Source: Candidatus Bathyarchaeota archaeon (GTDB taxonomy: Archaea > Thermoproteota > Bathyarchaeia > Bathyarchaeales > Bathycorpusculaceae). From it: 64,000 nucleotides of DNA. Of this stretch, positions 32,123 through 41,516 are shown one piece after another; within the stretch, counting starts at the first letter, position 1; the number at the start of each line of letters is the position of its first letter. The stretch spans positions 416,001 to 480,000 of the forward strand of contig CAVYES010000005.1 of assembly GCA_963767735.1 (NCBI GenBank), given 5' to 3'. The position numbers and the translations under genes were made by a program. The notes beneath the pieces were generated by a model. The model was given only the letters and a program-made list of their open reading frames with translations, was not told the origin of the DNA and did not search any database.

Positions 32123-33267
32123 ATAATATTACAAAGCTTTGGTGTGGCATTCCAGGTTCGATGGATCACTTACGATATGGCGCTGAAACTCACCAAAAAC
32201 CAGTTGTTGTTTGGAATACTACACGGCGTTGTAACCTCAATTGTGTGCACTGCTATTCTAAATCCGAGAATAAGATTTACAGCAACGAATTAACAACCGG
32301 TGAAGCCAAAGTTTTTGTGAAAGACCTAGCGGATTTCGGTGTTAAGGTACTGCTGTTTTCCGGTGGAGAACCCCTGCTTAGGGGCGACCTTTTTGAAGTT
32401 GCGCGTTACGCTTCTGATCAAGGTTTAAGAGCAGTGCTATCTACAAACGGCACACTAATTACAGAGGCTGTGGCGCAGCAATTGAAAAATGCCGGGTTCT
32501 CTTACGTAGGAATTAGTTTAGACGGCATAGGTGAAACTAACAACAAGTTTAGAGGCAAAAAAGAAGCCTTCGAGATGGCAGTTAAAGGAATTCGGAACTG
32601 CCTTAAAGCCGAGGTTAAGACGGGTTTACGCTTTACCGTCACAGCATATAATTTCAAGGATCTTCCAGAAATTTTTGAACTCATCGAAGCGGAAGGAATC
32701 CCTCGAGTATGCCTTTATCACTTGGCATACGTTGGACGGGGAACCGAAATTACAAAAGACGACCTAACACATGAACAGACACGAGAGTTCATGGATTACG
32801 TTTTAAAGAAAGCCGAGACTTTCCACAAAAAAGCCTTAAACACTGAAATCTTAACCGTTGATAACCACGCGGATGCCGCCTATCTGTACCTTAAACTGAA
32901 AGAGAAGGACCCGAAAAAAGCTGCAGAAGCGCTCCCGCTTCTAAAATTAAATGGCGGTAACAGCTCGGGCACAGGGATAGCCTGCGTTGATTTTAATGGG
33001 TATGTTCATCCAGATCAATTCTGGCAACATTATTCACTTGGCAATATACGCGACCGTAAATTCAGCCAAATATGGAGTGACGACTCTGAACCGCTGCTTC
33101 GAGCTCTCAGAAACAGAAAAAGTCACCTTCACGGCAAGTGTACAGAATGCCAATTTCTCGACATCTGTAACGGCAACCTCAGAGTTAGAGCGGAAGCAGT
33201 TTATGGAGATGTATGGGCATCTGACCCCGCCTGCTACTTAACTCCGCAAGAAATAAGACCCAATTAG
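32119..33267 (+). CDS. ahbC: Radical SAM/SPASM Fe-coproporphyrin III synthase
   Basis: VVVWNTTRRCNLNCVHCY, YHLAYVGRG, HPDQFW. Confidence 0.88.
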   Translation: MNNITKLWCGIPGSMDHLRYGAETHQKPVVVWNTTRRCNLNCVHCYSKSENKIYSNELTTGEAKVFVKDLADFGVKVLLFSGGEPLLRGDLFEVARYASDQGLRAVLSTNGTLITEAVAQQLKNAGFSYVGISLDGIGETNNKFRGKKEAFEMAVKGIRNCLKAEVKTGLRFTVTAYNFKDLPEIFELIEAEGIPRVCLYHLAYVGRGTEITKDDLTHEQTREFMDYVLKKAETFHKKALNTEILTVDNHADAAYLYLKLKEKDPKKAAEALPLLKLNGGNSSGTGIACVDFNGYVHPDQFWQHYSLGNIRDRKFSQIWSDDSEPLLRALRNRKSHLHGKCTECQFLDICNGNLRVRAEAVYGDVWASDPACYLTPQEIRPN

Positions 33268-33279
33268 AAGGTATACAGC

Positions 33280-34326
33280 GTGAGCGCAACCGACAAATCG
33301 CACTCTTCTGAAATGCATGAGGTTGCGCCGAGAGTTGTGGCTTGGGAGTCTACGCGCGCCTGCAATTTTGCGTGTGTCCACTGCAGGGCTGAAGCGCAAA
33401 AAGAGCCTGATCCTAAACAACTCACAACCCAAGAAGCCCTCAATTTGGTGGATCAAATCGCCGAGTTATGTAAGCCCGTGTTCATTATAAGTGGCGGTGA
33501 TCCTCTTCAGAGGAAAGATATCTTTGAAATTGCCTCATACGCTTCCGGTTTAGGTTTGAGAGTAGTTATGTCTCCAAGCGGCAGCAACTTGACCGCAGAC
33601 ACATTTGAAAAAATGAAGGCTGCTGGCGTAAAGATGATTTCACTTAGCCTTGACGGTTCTAACGCGGAAGTGCATGATAATTTCAGGCAGGTTGCTGGCG
33701 CTTTCAATTTGGCTATGAAGAATATGTCGTTGGCTCGTCAAAGCGGATTTGCTTTTCGCATCAACACAACTGTCACCCAACATAACCTCGATGACCTCTT
33801 CAACATTCAAAAGGTAGCCTCCGAAATGGGAGCGCGTGAATGGGACGTCTTCATGCTGGTGCCGACGGGTCGCGGAAAAGTGAAGATGGAAATAACGCCA
33901 GATCAATACGAAGCGACCATCCAGTCTATCTATAAAGCGAGCCTCACCTCGCCAATTCCAATCAAAATGACCTGCGCACCCCAGTACATGAGAGTTATCG
34001 CCCAGCAGCAAAAAGAAAACCGCCAACCCCACGCAGGCGGCAGAGGATGCATGGCTGGCAACGGGTTTTGTTTTATCTCACACGTCGGAGAAGTCTTCGG
34101 CTGCGGCTTCCTCCCAATCTCAGCCGGCGACATCAGGCAACAAAAATTTAAGCAAATCTATCAGCAATCACCTTTGTTTGTTCAGCTGCGGAATCACGAG
34201 TCGCTTAAAGGAAAATGCGGCATGTGCGAGTATAAGGCGTTGTGCGGCGGTTGCCGTGCAAGGGCATTATCCATACACAAAGACTACTTAGAAGAAGAGC
34301 CCTACTGCATTTTCAAACCCAAATAG
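33280..34326 (+). CDS. ahbD: Radical SAM/SPASM haem b synthase
   Basis: WESTRACNFACVHCRA, LVPTGRG, TCAP, GGCRARA. Confidence 0.88.
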   Translation: MSATDKSHSSEMHEVAPRVVAWESTRACNFACVHCRAEAQKEPDPKQLTTQEALNLVDQIAELCKPVFIISGGDPLQRKDIFEIASYASGLGLRVVMSPSGSNLTADTFEKMKAAGVKMISLSLDGSNAEVHDNFRQVAGAFNLAMKNMSLARQSGFAFRINTTVTQHNLDDLFNIQKVASEMGAREWDVFMLVPTGRGKVKMEITPDQYEATIQSIYKASLTSPIPIKMTCAPQYMRVIAQQQKENRQPHAGGRGCMAGNGFCFISHVGEVFGCGFLPISAGDIRQQKFKQIYQQSPLFVQLRNHESLKGKCGMCEYKALCGGCRARALSIHKDYLEEEPYCIFKPK

Positions 34327-34597
34327 AATTCTGAAATCCTGCAGTAATCAGATCGTCAAGGAAGAAAAAGCTCGAATGTGACGTTAGTAATTTCGCTTCG
34401 TCACGCAGCCAACATAGCCAATTCGAGACGAGATTTGGCTTTGGTTTTCTTGGCTTTCTCTTCTTTGGGCTCTGCAAGTTTCGCAAGGTCCGATGGTACC
34501 ATATTTGGTAAGCAACACATAGTCTTTCACAAAAATAATACTGTGAATTATTCTTAAGTATATGTGGTTGTCATAATGGAGCCACACCTTTGTTCAC

Positions 34598-34610
34598 ATT
34601 AAATTTTAAT
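34598..34610 (+). repeat. 13-bp flanking direct repeat ATTAAATTTTAAT (putative target-site duplication, left)
   Basis: Identical in the same orientation at 43080-43092. Confidence 0.8.
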
Positions 34611-34895
34611 CAAAAAAAAAATAATTGCTTTGTTGATTCCTCATGGAACGATACGAGCATGACCCCAAGAGCCCTCAGGGTTCTGCGCTTCGGAATGACG
34701 AACCATTGCCACTTCGCGCATGTGTTTTTTTTGATTCAGGGCATGCCAGAAAGAACACTGAGCACGTCAAGAAAGGTAGTATATCCTCAGTTCATTAGTA
34801 ATTACTCTCACTTATCATACACTACCTTTGTTTAATTATCATACACTACCTTTGTTCATAACGCCTAACTAAAGAAATTAGGGATATGTGAGGCT
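34611..34895 (+). repeat. Left terminal inverted repeat (285 bp)
   Basis: Reverse complement of 42795-43079; both yield the same shadow peptide in the ORF track. Confidence 0.95.
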
Positions 34896-35649
34896 ATTAA
34901 GGAAGGCTGACTTGTCGTTGAGTTCTGGGCAAGTCTTAAATCTGAATAGCAAAGAAAGTAGGATAGAGGAAATAAAAACGGAATCAGAAAAAAAGCAATC
35001 AGAAAAAGGCAACTGGGAAAAAACAGCTATTATTATTAGCATAATAAGCTTAATCGTTTCAACGAGTTTGACAGCCGTTATAGCATATACCAGTTATCAA
35101 GTAATAGAAAAGGCTGATAATATAGAAAATAACAGCCTTTTGCTACAAATAATGCAAAATGGCTATACCCCAAAAATTTCTGTGAGTAATCCCCAAATTG
35201 TTGTTCTTCAACAAGAAAATAGCTTATTTGATAATTGGACTTCACCCACTGAATGCTATGGGTGGGTAAATGGTTCAATTAATATCATGACTCCTCAAGT
35301 TGGAACAGTATCCATTAGCATAAGTAATTTCTCAATAAGCGACGATTATTCATACCTCTTACCAGAAAAAACAAATTTAACGATTGTTGAGCCAGTTCCT
35401 TCTTATTATCCCCAAGGTATCAATGATGTATATAATGTAGGTGAGGGTTTAACTGGATACAATTTTAGCCTTCCAATAGAAGCTTCATTTTATCCAAACC
35501 CTGAAAAACTACCTGTCAATACTGACTCTATTTTTCCTATCGGATATCTGCTTCTTAAAGCAAATTTTATCCCTCAAGCGACAAACTTCATACCACAAAC
35601 AGAATATTTTTCGGTAAATATCTTTGTTGACGTAAAGAATTATCCTTGA
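34888..35649 (+). CDS. Membrane-anchored extracellular protein (element cargo)
   Basis: N-terminal TM, beta-rich domain with many NxS/T sequons; true start probably near 34978. Confidence 0.7.
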   Translation: MRLLRKADLSLSSGQVLNLNSKESRIEEIKTESEKKQSEKGNWEKTAIIISIISLIVSTSLTAVIAYTSYQVIEKADNIENNSLLLQIMQNGYTPKISVSNPQIVVLQQENSLFDNWTSPTECYGWVNGSINIMTPQVGTVSISISNFSISDDYSYLLPEKTNLTIVEPVPSYYPQGINDVYNVGEGLTGYNFSLPIEASFYPNPEKLPVNTDSIFPIGYLLLKANFIPQATNFIPQTEYFSVNIFVDVKNYP

Positions 35650-35854
35650 GAGATTCCAGAGTGCATTAAACGGTTAGGGCTATTACCGAGTACATTCAAG
35701 GGTTAGCGCGCTAAGAAAGGCTTGCGATTCGAGGATTCCATTCCTTTATTTCTTCTCGCAAATATTTGGCGTGTGCGTATTGTTTTCAAATTCATAAACC
35801 ATAATTCCATGTGACTTTCAAATTGTACTTTGAAGATAGCGAAGAAGGACTGAG

Positions 35855-36133
35855 CTTAAAACGAAACCCGAGTTATATACTTGCGTTAGTTGCGGAAAGA
35901 ATCATTTAAAATTATCAGAGATTGTTTGGATGAAAGAATATGAAGATGGAGACATTGACTTATCAACTGTTAGATGTGTGTCATGCCATGCGCGATTCTT
36001 GCCTACTACTTTGGTAGGTAAACTTCCTGAAGATGTTTTAAAAACTATAGACAAACCCCTCAAGAAATATGGCAAGAGAGTCAACCGTAATTACGACAGA
36101 AGAACCGTTAGACGAGCGCTGAAGAAGTCGTAA
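35855..36133 (+). CDS. Small zinc-finger protein with two CVSC motifs and basic tail
   Basis: Frame open upstream of ATG 35930: YTCVSCGKNH...RCVSCHARF; start codon unclear. Confidence 0.5.
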   Translation, partial: LKTKPELYTCVSCGKNHLKLSEIVWMKEYEDGDIDLSTVRCVSCHARFLPTTLVGKLPEDVLKTIDKPLKKYGKRVNRNYDRRTVRRALKKS

Positions 36134-36144
36134 TAGCGCGCTAT

Positions 36145-37185
36145 TCAGGAAGGGACTAACGTAGCTATCCTCGGATTCCAATCAGGTATTTCCTCTCGCA
36201 AGTATTTAGCAAACAGCAAGGCTTCTTCAGCTATCAGCGTCTCTACCTCTTGTCTTTTCCCTACTTTAATCCTCGGGATTTCTACTTTGCTCCTGAAGAA
36301 AAGGCTTAAACTTTTCAGGAACTCGTCATTTTTCGCTCCGTTCAAATATTGTCTCTTGCCTTTTCTATTATTTGAGAAGGCTTCCTCTCTAAGCACGAAG
36401 TCCTTTTCTTTAAGGATTGATGCGTACTGAATAACGAAGTCGTCTACCAAAAATCTGTACAGCTCCTCAAAGTCACACACTAAGGAGGGCTTACCAAACT
36501 GCAAGCTGTGCAGAAAGCCCAAGTATGGTTCAAGCTTAGCTTTGATTAGCGCGGTATGAACGCGCCAAGATAAAACCGTGTAGGCGAGGTCAAGCAGATT
36601 GTTCGTTTTGTCATACGCTTTAAACGTCGTTCTGTTCTTAGGTCTCATGTACTCAGGGAAAAGCTCGAATATTTGCTGGAAGTATTGAGAAGCGCAATGC
36701 CCTTCGATGTTTGTTAAGGTATGCCTGAGGGTACTCAATGATTTAGCTTCTGCGTTCTTTACCTGCTCGTAACAAAAAGGGTCGAGCCTGTGCAAACCGT
36801 ATTTGCTGAGCAGGCTATCCTGTCCTCTTAGCTTGCCAATAAGAAACGCTTTCGCTATGTCAAACGACTTACCACTGGTAAAGGCTTGATACTGAGACAG
36901 CCGATTAAGGACATGAGAAGAATTGTCCAAGCCTACCAGAACGCCTACCGCGTGACCTCTCGCGGTTTCTACAATAAGGTCTATTCCAAAATAACAGCAA
37001 GTAACCAGCGCTCCGCTGCTGACCGCGTTACCTGAACGGATTTCTATTTCACCTATCGTGTTCATGTTTAGCGGGTATTTTCTTTTGTTGCCTTTGAAAT
37101 CCCGAACGAACAGGCAACCTTCTTCTCTGCCCAAAAAATAGCCCGAGCTATCTAAATTTAATTTCTCAGTTTTCGTTCCTTTCAC
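36145..37185 (-). CDS. cas1: Stand-alone Cas1 integrase (casposase-like)
   Basis: NIEG, NNLLDLAY, LEPYLGFLH, LVCDFEELYR.LVD motifs; GGAGGAGG ribosome-binding site. Confidence 0.93.
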   Translation of the reverse strand: MKGTKTEKLNLDSSGYFLGREEGCLFVRDFKGNKRKYPLNMNTIGEIEIRSGNAVSSGALVTCCYFGIDLIVETARGHAVGVLVGLDNSSHVLNRLSQYQAFTSGKSFDIAKAFLIGKLRGQDSLLSKYGLHRLDPFCYEQVKNAEAKSLSTLRHTLTNIEGHCASQYFQQIFELFPEYMRPKNRTTFKAYDKTNNLLDLAYTVLSWRVHTALIKAKLEPYLGFLHSLQFGKPSLVCDFEELYRFLVDDFVIQYASILKEKDFVLREEAFSNNRKGKRQYLNGAKNDEFLKSLSLFFRSKVEIPRIKVGKRQEVETLIAEEALLFAKYLREEIPDWNPRIATLVPS

Positions 37186-37622
37186 GCTCTATCCTCCTCC
37201 TTAATAGGGTATATAGTAAAGGGGAGCTATTTTAGCTTTAAACGTCAAAAGGGCTTATTTTTAGCCATATTAGCCGTTTTAGGCGCAATATTGTGGCTAT
37301 TTAGGAGCTCGTAGCCTTAAGCTACGAAAAGGCTTTATATAGTATATAAGGAGGGTTGGACTTTTTAAACTATTTTTAAGCTCTAAACGTAAAATGACTT
37401 AAAATTCTTCCCCTATTAGCTATATTCATGTTTAAAATAGGCTTATTAGGATAAATTAAGCCCGATTTGTAGACTTCATGGATTTTGAAAAAAGATTTTT
37501 TAACTTGTTTATTTAAAAACGCGGGTATATACTACGAATTTAAGTATTAACGTATAAAAGCCTAAAATAGAACGAACCGAACGTAGAGGTTATAGATAGC
37601 CCGAATTTAGGAGATTAGGGAT

Positions 37623-38493
37623 ATGTCAAAGACAATAGGGCTTGAACCAATTGAAGAAATTCCTGAGATATTCCCTGTACTCAGGGTTTGTCAAGAACAA
37701 GAAAAGACCCGTATCGGCTTTGATTATGGCGCATCCAGAGAGGGCTAAGAGCACGGAGACTCTCAAGTTCGAAGGTCTTGGGATACTTTACATGACCGAT
37801 TTGACCCACTATGGTCTTATGGAAGAGCTAAAAGACATGCCAGCCGACAAAAGAGAAGCGTTGCATCATCTCGTAATACCTGATTTGGAGAAACTCCGAA
37901 CAAGAGGAAAGAGCGTCAGGGAAGAACTTATGTCTTGCTTTAGGGACTTGACCGAGGAGGGCTTGGGAAGAATGCATACGGGAAAGATAAACGTAAACTT
38001 TGACCCTCCCGTTGTTATGGGCGTTATAGCCTGCACCACTCCAGAAGACATAGGCGACAGGAGAAGCATACTCAGGAACGTAACATTCCTGTCCAGATTT
38101 ATTCCCTTTACTTACGATTACTCAGACCAAATGAAGATAGACATACTTAATTTCGTTGAAAAAGAGGATGAATTGACCGAAAGAAAAGACCAAATAATCG
38201 GAAAGGTGGCAAGAGTCGAATTGCCAGAGAGTTTGGCGGGCGAATTGACAACCTATGCAATTTATCTCGCACATAGAATACAGAAATTCGCTTCTACAAA
38301 ATCTGTAGACGGGAAAGACAGCCTGTTTGGAGTTAGGGCGAAAGAGAACCTTATGACGCTGTTAAAGAGCATAGCGTTGTACAACGGAAACAGAACGGTG
38401 GAGAAGGAAGACTTGAAAGAACTAATGCACCTCTACAAGTACATGAACTTCAATTTTAGGGAGATGGATGACAGAATATTCGGAGGTGAGTGA
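37623..38493 (+). CDS. AAA+ (MCM-like) ATPase with divergent Walker motifs; probable frameshift near 5' end
   Basis: AHPERAKS, HLVIPD, IACTT, LSRF Arg finger, GVR sensor 2, TVEKEDL. Confidence 0.7.
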
Positions 38494-38893
38494 GATTGGA
38501 CACAATTCCTGGGCGCGAATTTATGGGGATATTCATGCGAACAAGTATTACATAGACATGAAAGGCGCATACACTCGTGAGGAAATTAATAGAAGGGTCG
38601 AAGCTGCAGAAAAAGCTGCGCTATACCTCGGTCGTCGAGGAGACCTCGACCCTCAAACTGTCCGACAAAGGATAGCCCGTCTGGCGAAATTAAGAAAGGC
38701 TGACATCGGAAGCCGCGCCATCTCGGAAGCGCGAAGGCATCCTGACGGAATGGTAAACCTGACGCTGCATTACGGGCGTGATAAAGCCTTCGGCATGAGA
38801 ATTGACCGCATGCAACGCCTTAGGAGATTGGAAAAGACGCGAAGAGCGGAAAGGATGGAAAGGATGCGGAAAGCAAGGTTCGACAGAGGTTGA
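38468..38893 (+). CDS. Arg-rich basic hypothetical protein
   Basis: Overlaps both neighbours; strongly basic C-terminus. Confidence 0.65.
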   Translation: MTEYSEVSEIGHNSWARIYGDIHANKYYIDMKGAYTREEINRRVEAAEKAALYLGRRGDLDPQTVRQRIARLAKLRKADIGSRAISEARRHPDGMVNLTLHYGRDKAFGMRIDRMQRLRRLEKTRRAERMERMRKARFDRG

Positions 38894-39198
38894 AAGAAAT
38901 GGTTGACGTAAGCACGCTCTTAATTTCTATGGTAACGGGATTATTCGCTGGAATAGGAACGACTGTCGGAACTTACTTGGCAAACAAGCATCTCGTCGAG
39001 AACATGAAGAAATTAGAGAAGGCTGCAGTCGAAGCCATAAGAGCACCGTTGTTCCAAGCAGAACGCAACGCGGAACCCTTATACCCTAAAGGGTATTCCC
39101 AAAGACGCATCAGGAATACCCGTAGTAAATTCCCTTATCACGTTACTCGCCCAGAAAAGCGCGGTCATCCCCGTAAGGTTATTGAACACACTCGATAG
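38890..39198 (+). CDS. Small protein with N-terminal Gly-rich TM helix
   Basis: LLISMVTGLFAGIGTTVGTYLA. Confidence 0.65.
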   Translation: MKEMVDVSTLLISMVTGLFAGIGTTVGTYLANKHLVENMKKLEKAAVEAIRAPLFQAERNAEPLYPKGYSQRRIRNTRSKFPYHVTRPEKRGHPRKVIEHTR

Positions 39199-39224
39199 AG
39201 TACGCTTTAGGTTGGTGTCAAGTT

Positions 39225-39383
39225 TTGGACTTATTCGGAAGTGCTATAGCGATAGCGCTTATCCTTGTATTTTTCATCATGGCGCTTGGGTATATCGGCT
39301 TTGATAGAGTAGGGCAAGCCCTTCGCTCGCTCTGGGAAGCCTTTAGTGCAATATGGGTTATTCTTTTTGGAACATCCCCGTAA
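39225..39383 (+). CDS. 52-aa membrane protein (not in ORF track)
   Basis: GGTG site + TTG; MDLFGSAIAIALILVFFIMALGYIGFDRVGQALRSLWEAFSAIWVILFGTSP. Confidence 0.65.
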   Translation: MDLFGSAIAIALILVFFIMALGYIGFDRVGQALRSLWEAFSAIWVILFGTSP

Positions 39384-39399
39384 AGGCAGATGCGAGATT

Positions 39400-39534
39400 T
39401 TGCTTAAAAGGTTGGAACATACTCGGAAGAGTATAGCCGAATGGGGAAAACGAAATGAAATAGAAAGCCTGATTGTAGTCGTCGTACCCGTCGCGGTTTT
39501 TATCGTGGTAATTTTCTTGGCGAAATGGTTGTGA
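39400..39534 (+). CDS. 44-aa membrane protein with C-terminal TM helix
   Basis: MLKRLEHTRKSIAEWGKRNEIESLIVVVVPVAVFIVVIFLAKWL. Confidence 0.6.
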   Translation: MLKRLEHTRKSIAEWGKRNEIESLIVVVVPVAVFIVVIFLAKWL

Positions 39535-39540
39535 GTCCTT

Positions 39541-39684
39541 ATGGACATATCCAGCATATTCGGTACATTACTCGGGGCAGGCATTCTTGTTGCTTTCATA
39601 ATCTACGTTATGGTGAAGATAGGAATTTTGGGCAGGTTCGTTCGCGCTGTTAGCTCGCTCTTGCATTTAATATTCGGGGATTAA
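39541..39684 (+). CDS. 47-aa membrane protein (not in ORF track)
   Basis: MDISSIFGTLLGAGILVAFIIYVMVKIGILGRFVRAVSSLLHLIFGD. Confidence 0.65.
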   Translation: MDISSIFGTLLGAGILVAFIIYVMVKIGILGRFVRAVSSLLHLIFGD

Positions 39685-39686
39685 CA

Positions 39687-39959
39687 ATGCCACAGAAATA
39701 CTGGATAAAAGAAAAACTTGGATGTAATGAGCGGTGGGATTGTTCTCGCTGCGCAAAAATGCTGTCTTGTCTGGATAAGGCTATGGGAAAGCCAGATTGC
39801 GAAGAGCCCGAAGCAGAAGTAGAAACGAAGCCTAAAGAAACAACCCCAAAGAATAAACCCAGAAAGGAACCTGACAGCGATTTTAAAAAGTCACGAGGTT
39901 GCAAACGGGTTATTAAATGCAATTGCTGTAGGGAATTTTTCGTTAACTGCTTTCCTTAA
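39687..39959 (+). CDS. Small Cys-rich, charged protein
   Basis: C..CSRC..C cluster; starts 2 bp after the previous stop. Confidence 0.55.
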   Translation: MPQKYWIKEKLGCNERWDCSRCAKMLSCLDKAMGKPDCEEPEAEVETKPKETTPKNKPRKEPDSDFKKSRGCKRVIKCNCCREFFVNCFP

Positions 39960-40130
39960 TGAATGAGGAGGTGATAAGGATGGCAAAAGCACCAAAAAGA
40001 AACCCGAAAAGAAACATGTAAGTGAACCAAGCGAAAGCTCCTCAAAGGCTTAGGGTTTTCCATTCGGGAATACCCAAAGAACTTTTGGGAATACCCTGTA
40101 GGGTAAAACCCCAAGGCTCAGAATGAAGGC

Positions 40131-40213
40131 GCTCCTCACCTAAGCGCGTACTCAGAGTAGCCATTGCTGCCAGCTATTCGGTACTGCGCAGTCGCGCTTG
40201 GAGCGTGAGGAGC
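40131..40213. other. Long imperfect stem-loop
   Basis: Nested pairings GCTCCTCAC/GTGAGGAGC, AAGCGCG/CGCGCTT, GAGTAGC/GCTATTC. Confidence 0.65.
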
Positions 40214-40377
40214 CGAGGTTTCGCTTAGGTTTTTCCACATCCTCGTTGAAAGATGCGGCTCAAGGTTTTCTCACCTCGTCTTTCAAGCCTTCCTGAAATG
40301 CCCCTTACTGAGAAATCTGTGTCCCTCACTACATATAACACTAAGAAGTCTTAAATCTGAAATAATACTATGACTAA

Positions 40378-40728
40378 ATGGTGAATGTTATGAGTAGAAT
40401 ACCAGAATTTGAAATAAAGGATAGCGAAAACTTCAAAATCATTTACTCTACAGGTGTATTTGGCGGTCTTGCGCCAAATGACGGAAGAATGGTTTTGTAT
40501 ATAGATTTGCTGAAAACAAAACCAGTTAGAGGAGAACCTGGAAAGGAAGAACTTGACAAAATTGTTAGGGAAAGGGAAGTTGAAATTCACCTGTCACCAG
40601 CAACTTGGAAAAGTATTGCAAAATGGATGACCGCGCATGTAGAGCAACTTGAAAAAGTTTATGGAAAAATACCTGAAGAACCAAAAAGTATCATTCCACA
40701 AACACAATCTGGAAATCCTATCGTTTAG
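40378..40728 (+). CDS. DUF3467-like protein (cargo)
   Basis: IYSTGVFGG...EIHLSPATWKSIAKWM pattern; TATA-like TTAAAT at 40351. Confidence 0.65.
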   Translation: MVNVMSRIPEFEIKDSENFKIIYSTGVFGGLAPNDGRMVLYIDLLKTKPVRGEPGKEELDKIVREREVEIHLSPATWKSIAKWMTAHVEQLEKVYGKIPEEPKSIIPQTQSGNPIV

Positions 40729-40738
40729 ATGGTCTTTT

Positions 40739-41299
40739 TTGAGTTTCAAAGTTTATATTTCTTCTGACTGCAACGACACGTTCTTTGTTAACAATGTACT
40801 TGGAGTTAACAATGTACTTGGAGCGATTCAAGAGAAAAGTGAAGAAATTCGCAACGCTATAGGCATAGAAATCCATCCAATCTATCCACCAAGACAAGCC
40901 ACAACTGGGATGACTGTTGAAGATAAGATAGCCCAAATAAGAGATTCGGCTTTAGTTATTATGAACATTACTCCAAGAATCATTGCAACTGAGTATGTTG
41001 TTAATTCTGGTGTTCTTATAGAATATGGGATTGTATTAGGTTTAGGCATAGCTGATAATCTCTGCATCCTATGTAATCAAGAATTTGAAAGAGCCCGACT
41101 GTCGCCGATTTTTCATGGTCATGACATTTAACAATTCATACAGACTACTGAAGGAACAGAATTAAAAAACATCATAAAAAATATTCTAAGTAATCACATC
41201 GCCAAGATTGTCCAAAGAAGCAGCCAACTTGCTCAAAGTGATAGGATTAAGCAAGATTTCATAGAAGAGCAAATAAGGTCAGCGAGCAACGCCACATAA
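40739..41299 (+). pseudogene. Nucleoside 2-deoxyribosyltransferase/TIR-like protein interrupted by an in-frame TAA at 41129
   Basis: KVYISS..IRDSALVIMNIT..NSGVLIEYGI; same frame stays open 56 codons past the stop. Confidence 0.6.
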
Positions 41300-41516
41300 C
41301 GGGAGTCATAAAAAGTCAGATTGTTGGGATTCTTGGATTCCTGTCTTTCCGTTCGTTTATCGAATACTTCGCAAACAACAGAGCCTCTTCACTAAGGCTT
41401 CACCATACCATTTTTGTTCTGCTTACGCAGAACCTCTTTTCGGGTCTACCCTTCTCCCGCCCTTACTGCACTACACGCGCTAAAGGGTACGCCTTCCTGA
41501 ACAACGCTTTTAGCGT

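Noticed and set aside
34590-34835. 81-aa ORFs at 34590-34835 and 42855-43100 as duplicated genes
   Set aside because: They are translations of the TIR, start outside the element and have no recognisable motif.
34812-34856. 21-bp repeats near cas1 as a mini CRISPR array
   Set aside because: Only two copies separated by 3 bp, inside the TIR; no spacers. No CRISPR array was seen anywhere in the window.
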